DNA of 64,000 bases from Ranitomeya imitator (taxonomy: Eukaryota), in NCBI RefSeq assembly GCF_032444005.1, contig NC_091284.1, forward strand, positions 14,074,001 through 14,138,000, read 5' to 3'. The notes under the pieces were generated by a model that saw only the letters and a list, made by a program, of their open reading frames with translations, made no database searches and was not told the DNA's origin. The position numbers and the translations under genes were made by a program. Each line of letters starts with the position of its first letter. Position 1 is the stretch's first letter. Positions 57,774 through 64,000 of the stretch are shown here, piece after piece.

Positions 57774-59386
57774 CAGGTCCTTCTCAAAAAATTAGCATAT
57801 AGTGTTAAATTTCATTATTTACCATAATGTAATGATTACAATTAAACTTTCATATATTATAGATTCATTATCCACCAACTGAAATTTGTCAGGTCTTTTA
57901 TTGTTTTAATACTGATGATTTTGGCATACAACTCCTGATAACCCAAAAAACCTGTCTCAATAAATTAGCATATTTCACCCATCCAATCAAATAAAAGTGT
58001 TTTTTAATAACAAACAAAAAAAACCATCAAATAATAATGTTCAGTTATGCACTCAATACTTGGTCGGGAATCCTTTGGCAGAAATGACTGCTTCAATGCG
58101 GCGTGGCATGGAGGCAATCAGCCTGTGACACTGCTGAGATGTTATGGAGGCCCAGGATGCTTCAATAGTGGCCTTAAGCTCATCCAGAGTGTTGGGTCTT
58201 GCGTCTCTCAACTTTCTCTTCACAATATCCCACAGATTCTCTATGGGGTTCAGGTCAGGAGAGTTGGCAGGCCAATTGAGCACAGTAATACCATGGTCAG
58301 TAAACCATTTACCAGTGGTTTTGGCACTGTGAGCAGGTGCCAGGTCGTGCTGAAAAATGAAATCTTCATCTCCATAAAGCATTTCAGCCGATGGAAGCAT
58401 GAAGTGCTCCAAAATCTCCTGATAGCTAGCTGCATTGACCCTGCCCTTGATGAAACACAGTGGACCAACACCAGCAGCTGACATGGCACCCCACACCATC
58501 ACTGACTGTGGGTACTTGACACTGGACTTCAGGCATTTTGGCATTTCCTTCTCCCCAGTCTTCCTCCAGACTCTGGCACCTTGATTTCCGAATGACATGC
58601 AAAATTTGCTTTCATCAGAAAAAAGTACTTGGGACCACTTAGCAACAGTCCAGTGCTGCTTCTCTGTAGCCCAGGTCAGGCGCCTCTGCCGCTGTTTATG
58701 GTTCAAAAGTGGCTTTACCTGGGGAATGCGGCACCTGTAGCCCATTTCCTGCACACGCCTGTGCACGGTGGCTCTGGATGTTTCCACACCAGACTCAGTC
58801 CACTGCTTCCTCAGGTTCCCCAAGGTCTGGAATCGGTCCTTCTCCACAATCTTCCTCAGGGTCCGGTCTCCTCTTCTCGTTGTACAGCGTTTTCTGCCAC
58901 ATTGTTTCCTTCCAACAGACTTACCATTGAGGTGCCTTGATACAGCACTCTGGGAACAGCCTATTTGTTGAGAAATTTCTTTCTGGGTCTTACCCTCTTG
59001 CTTGAGGGTGTCAATGATGGCCTTCTTGACATCTGTCAGGTCGCTAGTCTTACCCATGATGGGGGTTTTGAGTAATGAACCAGGCAGGGAGTTTATAAAA
59101 GCCTCAGGTATCTTTTGCATGTGTTTAGAGTTAATTAGTTGATTCAGAAGATTAGGGTAATAGGTCGTTTAGAGAACCTTTTCTTGATATGCTAATTTAT
59201 TGAGACAGGTTTTTTGGGTTATCAGGAGTTGTATGCCAAAATCATCAGTATTAAAACAATAAAAGACCTGACAAATTTCAGTTGGTGGATAATGAATCTA
59301 TAATATATGAAAGTTTAATTGTAATCATTACATTATGGTAAATAATGAAATTTAACACTATATGCTAATTTTTTGAGAAGGACCTG
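57774..59386 (-). mobile_element. Young Tc1 copy C with ~200-bp TIRs and TA TSD
   Basis: TA|CAGGTCCTTCTCAAAAAATTAGC...GCTAATTTTTTGAGAAGGACCTG|TA. Confidence 0.96.
58053..59057 (-). CDS. Intact Tc1 transposase, 334 aa, DD34E
   Basis: MGKTSDLT start; FSDESK, QHDLAPAH, NPIENLW with exactly 34 residues between D and E. Confidence 0.93.
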   Translation of the reverse strand: MGKTSDLTDVKKAIIDTLKQEGKTQKEISQQIGCSQSAVSRHLNGKSVGRKQCGRKRCTTRRGDRTLRKIVEKDRFQTLGNLRKQWTESGVETSRATVHRRVQEMGYRCRIPQVKPLLNHKQRQRRLTWATEKQHWTVAKWSQVLFSDESKFCMSFGNQGARVWRKTGEKEMPKCLKSSVKYPQSVMVWGAMSAAGVGPLCFIKGRVNAASYQEILEHFMLPSAEMLYGDEDFIFQHDLAPAHSAKTTGKWFTDHGITVLNWPANSPDLNPIENLWDIVKRKLRDARPNTLDELKATIEASWASITSQQCHRLIASMPRRIEAVISAKGFPTKY

Positions 59387-60669
59387 TATTTGTGTGCTCA
59401 GATAATTATGACCGAGGTTTCAAACACAATCAACCTGTTAGGGTTATTTTTCCTTCACCATTATCGTTAGGAAAGGCCAGGTGATACAAGTTTCCCAGCT
59501 TTATAAAAAAAAAAAAACAGCCTCCTTTAACCTTCTGCCAAAAACCATCAGCCATAGATTCTTCTAAGCAGCGGCCGAGCACTCTGAAAATGAAAATGGT
59601 GGAGGCCCACAAAGCAGGAGAAGGTGTAAGAAGATGGCAACACATTTTCAAGTTGCCCTTTTCCTCAGTTTGAAATGTAATTAAGAAATGGCTGTTACCA
59701 GGAACAGTGGAGGTCAAGATAAGGTCTGGAAGACCAAGCAAAATTTTAGTGAGCTGCTTGTAGGATTGCTAGAGAGGCAAATCAGAGCACCTGCTTGGCT
59801 GCAAGAGACCTTCAGAAAGATTTTGCAGCCTCTGGAGTTGTGGAACATTGTTGTATTGTTCATAGACACCTGCGCAAATATCGCCTTCATGGAAGAGTCA
59901 TCAGAAGAAATCCTCTCCTGCGCCCTCACCATAAGTCAGCATCAGAAGTTTGCAAAAGAACATATGTAGATTGTGAGCCTTCGCATGCAGGGTCCTCTCT
60001 CCTCCTGTTCCAGTCATGACCTGTATTGTACTTGTGTTTTAATATGTATACCTCTTTTCACATGTAAAGCGCCATGTAATAAATGGTGCTATAATAATAA
60101 TAATCTAAACAAGTCTGATGCATTTTGGAAACAAGTCCTGTGACCTATGAGGATAAAATAGAACTGTGTGGCCACAATGACCAAAGCTATGTGTGGAGAA
60201 AAGGGACACAGAATTTCAGGAGTAGAACATCTCGCCAACCATGAAGCCTGGAGATGGATCAATCATTCTTTGTGTTGTGTTGCAGCTATTGGCACAGGGA
60301 AAATTTCACTGATCGAGTGAAGAATGGATTCAATGACATTTCAACAACAAATTCTGTATGAAAACATAACATCATCTGTAAAAAAAAAGGCTAAAGGTGA
60401 GAAGAGGAAGAGGATGGCTTCTACAAATGGAGAATGATCCTAAACACACATCACACTCCACAGTAGACCACCTCAAAAGGCGCAAGCTGAAGGTTTTACA
60501 ATGGCCCTCACAGTCCCCTGATCTGAGCCTCATTGAAAATCTGTGGCGAGACCTCACAATAGCAGAGGATGCAAAACGCCCCTGAAATCTCACAGAAATG
60601 GAGGAATTCTCCAAGGAAGAACGGAGGAAAATCCCTCAAAGAAGAACTGAAAGACTCTTGTCTGGCTGC

Positions 60670-60931
60670 TAGTGATGAGCGAGTGTGCTCGTTATTCGAG
60701 TTTTCCGAGTATTTTGGGCGTGCTCGTAGATTGTGACTCTGCAGCTGCAGTCTGTTAGACAACCTGAACCCATGCCGGAATTGCCTGTTTGTTAGGGATT
60801 CCCCACATGTATTCAGGCTGTCTAGCAGCTGCGGAGTCCAAAACAACCTATGAGCAGCACTACAAAATACTCGGAGACCACCTGAGCATGCTCAGGAAAA
60901 CTCAAGCAACGAGCATACTCGCTCATCACTA
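60670..60931. mobile_element. hAT-type MITE
   Basis: TIR TAGTGATGAGCGAG/CTCGCTCATCACTA; 8-bp TSD CTGGCTGC/CTGGCTAC. Confidence 0.8.
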
Positions 60932-61254
60932 CTGGCTACAAAAAGCGTTTACAAGATGTGATACTTGTGAAAGGGGGTGTTACTAGGTACATCGACCCAT
61001 TTTCCTTTTTGTAATGTTTAAAATGTAAAAGATTATAATGTATTTTTCATCTGTAACTTTAGGCCTTTTAGAGATCATTTCATCTTCCACTTGCTTAAAT
61101 GTTCACAATAACAGTAATTCTGACCAGTGGTGCACAGACTTTTAAATGCCGCTGTACTGGATATATTCTTCTGTGTATGTGATCAGTAGTGGCACATTAT
61201 TATTTTATATCACAATATTTCGTACTGTTCCTGGTGTGTTCTATATCTGCATGT

Positions 61255-62285
61255 AGCGGTGTTAGTTGCAGTGTGTTGGTTGCGGTGTGTTGGTTGAGGT
61301 GTGAGGCGGTGTGTTGGTTGAGGTGTTGCGGTGTGTTGGTTGAGGTGTGTTGCGGTGTGTTGGTTGAGGTGTGGCAGCATGTCGGTTGCGGTGTGAGGTG
61401 GTGTGTTGGTTGAGGTTTGTGTTGGTTGCAGTGTGTAGCAGTGTGTTGGTTGCAGTGTGTATAGTGGTATGTTGGTTGCGGTGTGAGGCGGTGTGTTGGT
61501 TGCAGTGTGTAGTGGTGTGTTGGTTGCGGTGTGTTGGTTGCGGCATGTTCGTTGCAGTGTGTAGCGGTGTGTTGGTTGCGGTGTGTAGCGTTGTGTTGGT
61601 TGCGGTGTGTAGGTTGCGGCATGTTGGTTGTGGCATGTTCGCTGCAGTGTGTAGCGGTGTGTTGGTTGCGGTGTGTAGCGGTGTGGTGGTTGCGGTGTGT
61701 AGTGGTGTTTGGTTGCGGTGTGTAGCGGTGTGTTGGTTACGGCATGTTGGTTGTGGCATGTTCGTTGCGGCGTGTAGCGGTGTGTTGGTTGCGGCGTATA
61801 GCGGTGTGTTGGTTGCGGTGTGTTGGTTGCTGCGTGAGGTGGTGTGTTGGTTGCGGTGTGTTGGTTGCTGTGTGAGGCGGTGTGTTGGTTGCTGCATGTT
61901 GGTTGCGGTGTGTAGCGGTGTGTTGGTTGCTGAATGAGGTGGTGTGTTGGTTGCGGTGTGTTGGTTGCTGCGTGAGGTGGTGTGTTGGTTGCGGTGTGTT
62001 TGTTGCTGCGTGAGGCGGTGTGTTGGTTGCTGCATGTTGGTTGCAGTGTGTTGCGATGTGTTGGTTGCTGCGTGAGGCGGTGTGTTGGTTGCGGTGTGTT
62101 GGTTGTTGCGTGAGGCGGTGTGTTGGTTGTTGCGTGAGGCGGTGTGTTGGTTGCTGCATGTTGGTTGCGGTGTGTAGCGGTGTGTTGGTTGCTGCGTGAG
62201 GTGGTGTGTTGGTTGCGGTGTGTTGGTTGCTGCGTGAGGCGGTGTGTTGGTTGCGGGGTGTAATGGTGTGTTGATTGCGGTGTTG
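61255..62285. repeat. Degenerate GT-rich tandem repeat
   Basis: GGTGTGTTGGTTGC-like units. Confidence 0.9.
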
Positions 62286-62574
62286 TGTCTGGGTGCAGTT
62301 GTCTCCCGCCTTGGTGGAATCTGTTCTCCGGAGATCAGGAAAGCTTTCTTCTCGTGCCCCCATTATTGTGAGTTGCTGTGTGGTGTATTGAGCTGATCTC
62401 TCATCCTCGGGGTCCCCAGTCCCTGGTGCGGGGTCTTCCCTGTCTCTCCAGTCCATTATTGCGGGTGAGATCTGTGTAAATCCTGATAATCCCCCCTGGG
62501 AGGCCGCTCCATCTGTCCCTGCGCCAGCGCTGACCGTGCTGCCACCATTAATCTGTCATATATCAGGTAATGAC

Positions 62575-64000
62575 CTGAAGTCCTGCGTCGTCCTCCTGTG
62601 GCAGCAGATGAGCGCCGGACGTCCCGAGTCATCATCCTGTGGCAGCAGATCAGCGCTGGACATGCCGGGTCATCCTCTTGTGGCAGCAGGTGAGAGCTGG
62701 ACGTCCCGGGTCGTCCTCCTGTGGCAGCAGGTGAGCACTGGATGTCCCGGGTCGTCCTCCTGTGGCAGCAGGTGAGCACTGGACGTCCCGGGTCGTCCTC
62801 CTGTGGCAGCAGATCAGCACTGGACGTCCCGGGTCGTCCTCCTGTGGCAGCAGATCAGCGCTGGACGTCCCGGGTCGTCCTCCTGTGGCAGCAGGTGAGC
62901 GCTGGACGTCCCGGGTCATCCTCCTGTGGCAGCAGATCAGCGCTGGATGTCCCGGGTCGTCCTCCTTTGGCAGCAGATGAGCGCTGGACGTCCCGGGTCG
63001 TCCTCCTTTGGCAGCAGATGAGCGCTGGACGTCCCGGGTCATCCTCCTGTGGCAGCAGATCAGCGCTGGATGTCCCGGGTCGTCCTCCTTTGGCAGCAGG
63101 TGAGTGCTGGACGTCCCGGGTCGTCCTCCTGTGGCAACAGATCAGCGCTGGACGTCCCGGGTCGTCCTCCTGTGGCAGCAGATCAGCGCTGGACGTCCCG
63201 GGTCGTCCTCCTGTGGCAGCATGTGAGCGCTGGACGTCCCGGGTCGTCCTCCTTTGGCAGTAGATCAGCGCTGGATGTCCCGGGTCGTCCTCCTTTGGCA
63301 GCAGATCAGCGCTGGATGTCCCGGGTCGTCCTCCTGTGGCAGCAGATGAGCGCTGGGCGTCCCGGGTTGTCGTCCTGTGGCAGCAGATGAGCGCTGGATG
63401 TCCCGGGTCGTCCTCCTGTGGCAGCAGATGAGCGCTGGATGTCCTGGGTTGTCGTCCTGTGGCAGCAGATGAGCGCTGGACGTCCCGGGTCGTCCTCCTG
63501 TGGCAGCAGATGAGCGCTGGATGTCCTGGGTTGTCGTCCTGTGGCAGCAGATGAGCGCTGGACGTCCCGGGTCGTCCTCCTGTGGCAGCAGATGAGCGCT
63601 GGGTGTCCCGGGTCGTCCTCCTTTGGCAGTAGATCAGCGCTGGATGTCCCGGGTCGTCCTCCTTTGGCAGTAGATGAGCGCTGGATGTCCCGGGTCGTCC
63701 TCCTTTGGCAGCAGATCAGCGCTGGATGTCCCGGGTCGTCCTCCTTTGGCAGCAGATCAGCGCTGGACGTCCCGGGTCGTCCTCCTTTGGCAGTAGATCA
63801 GCGCTGGATGTCCCGGGTCGTCCTCCTTTGGCAGCAGATCAGCGCTGGATGTCCCGGGTCGTCCTCCTGTGGCAGCAGATGAGCGCTGGGCGTCCCGGGT
63901 TGTCGTCCTGTGGCAGCAGATGAGCGCTGGACGTCCCGGGTCGTCCTCCTGTGGCAGCAGGTGAGCACTGGACGTCCCGGGTCGTCCTCCTGTGGCAGTA
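62575..64000. repeat. 41-bp minisatellite, running off the right edge
   Basis: Unit CGTCCTCCTGTGGCAGCAGATSAGCGCTGGAYGTCCCGGGT. Confidence 0.97.

Larger units (their letters stand above)
55477..61156 (+). mobile_element. Old degraded Tc1 hosting several younger insertions
   Basis: Diverged TIRs (CAGTTGCATGTAAGTTTGTGCACC; GGTGCACAGACTTTTAAATGCCGCTG). Frameshifted transposase remnants 59590-60660 (ENDPKH...QSPDLSLIENLW). Confidence 0.75.

Noticed and set aside
62452-62500. Chemokine-like EICVNPDNPPW motif
   Set aside because: No signal peptide or CC/CXC motif in a compatible frame; resemblance too short.

Overview
Vertebrate genomic window, inferred to be an anuran frog from gene sequences and repeat families; one 169-N gap at 13717-13885. 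Two housekeeping genes sit head-to-head on a shared CpG-rich promoter of about 150 bp near 38.75 kb. NDC80 (minus strand) has a non-coding exon 1 and 15 coding exons, 591 codons, reconstructed with consistent phases; its last exon lies beyond the left edge. TAF13 (plus strand) has 4 exons and is complete at 124 aa. A third promoter-like CpG island near 47.8 kb starts an unidentified plus-strand transcript. NDC80 intron 5 (17.4 kb) holds a chimeric Tc1, a Helitron-like element, a second Tc1 interrupted by an apparently intact 6.35-kb DIRS1 tyrosine-recombinase retrotransposon, a hammerhead-bearing Penelope-like remnant, and a 5'-truncated L1 inserted 30 bp from a splice donor. Roughly a third of the window is locus-specific minisatellite arrays, which explain almost all long low-complexity ORFs in the track. 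Best leads: a candidate spliceosomal intron in the DIRS leader, a duplicated conserved intronic element in NDC80 introns 2 and 4, a 5-kb array of CTCF-like motifs beside the promoter, the NDC80-TAF13 pairing itself, and two type I hammerhead ribozymes.
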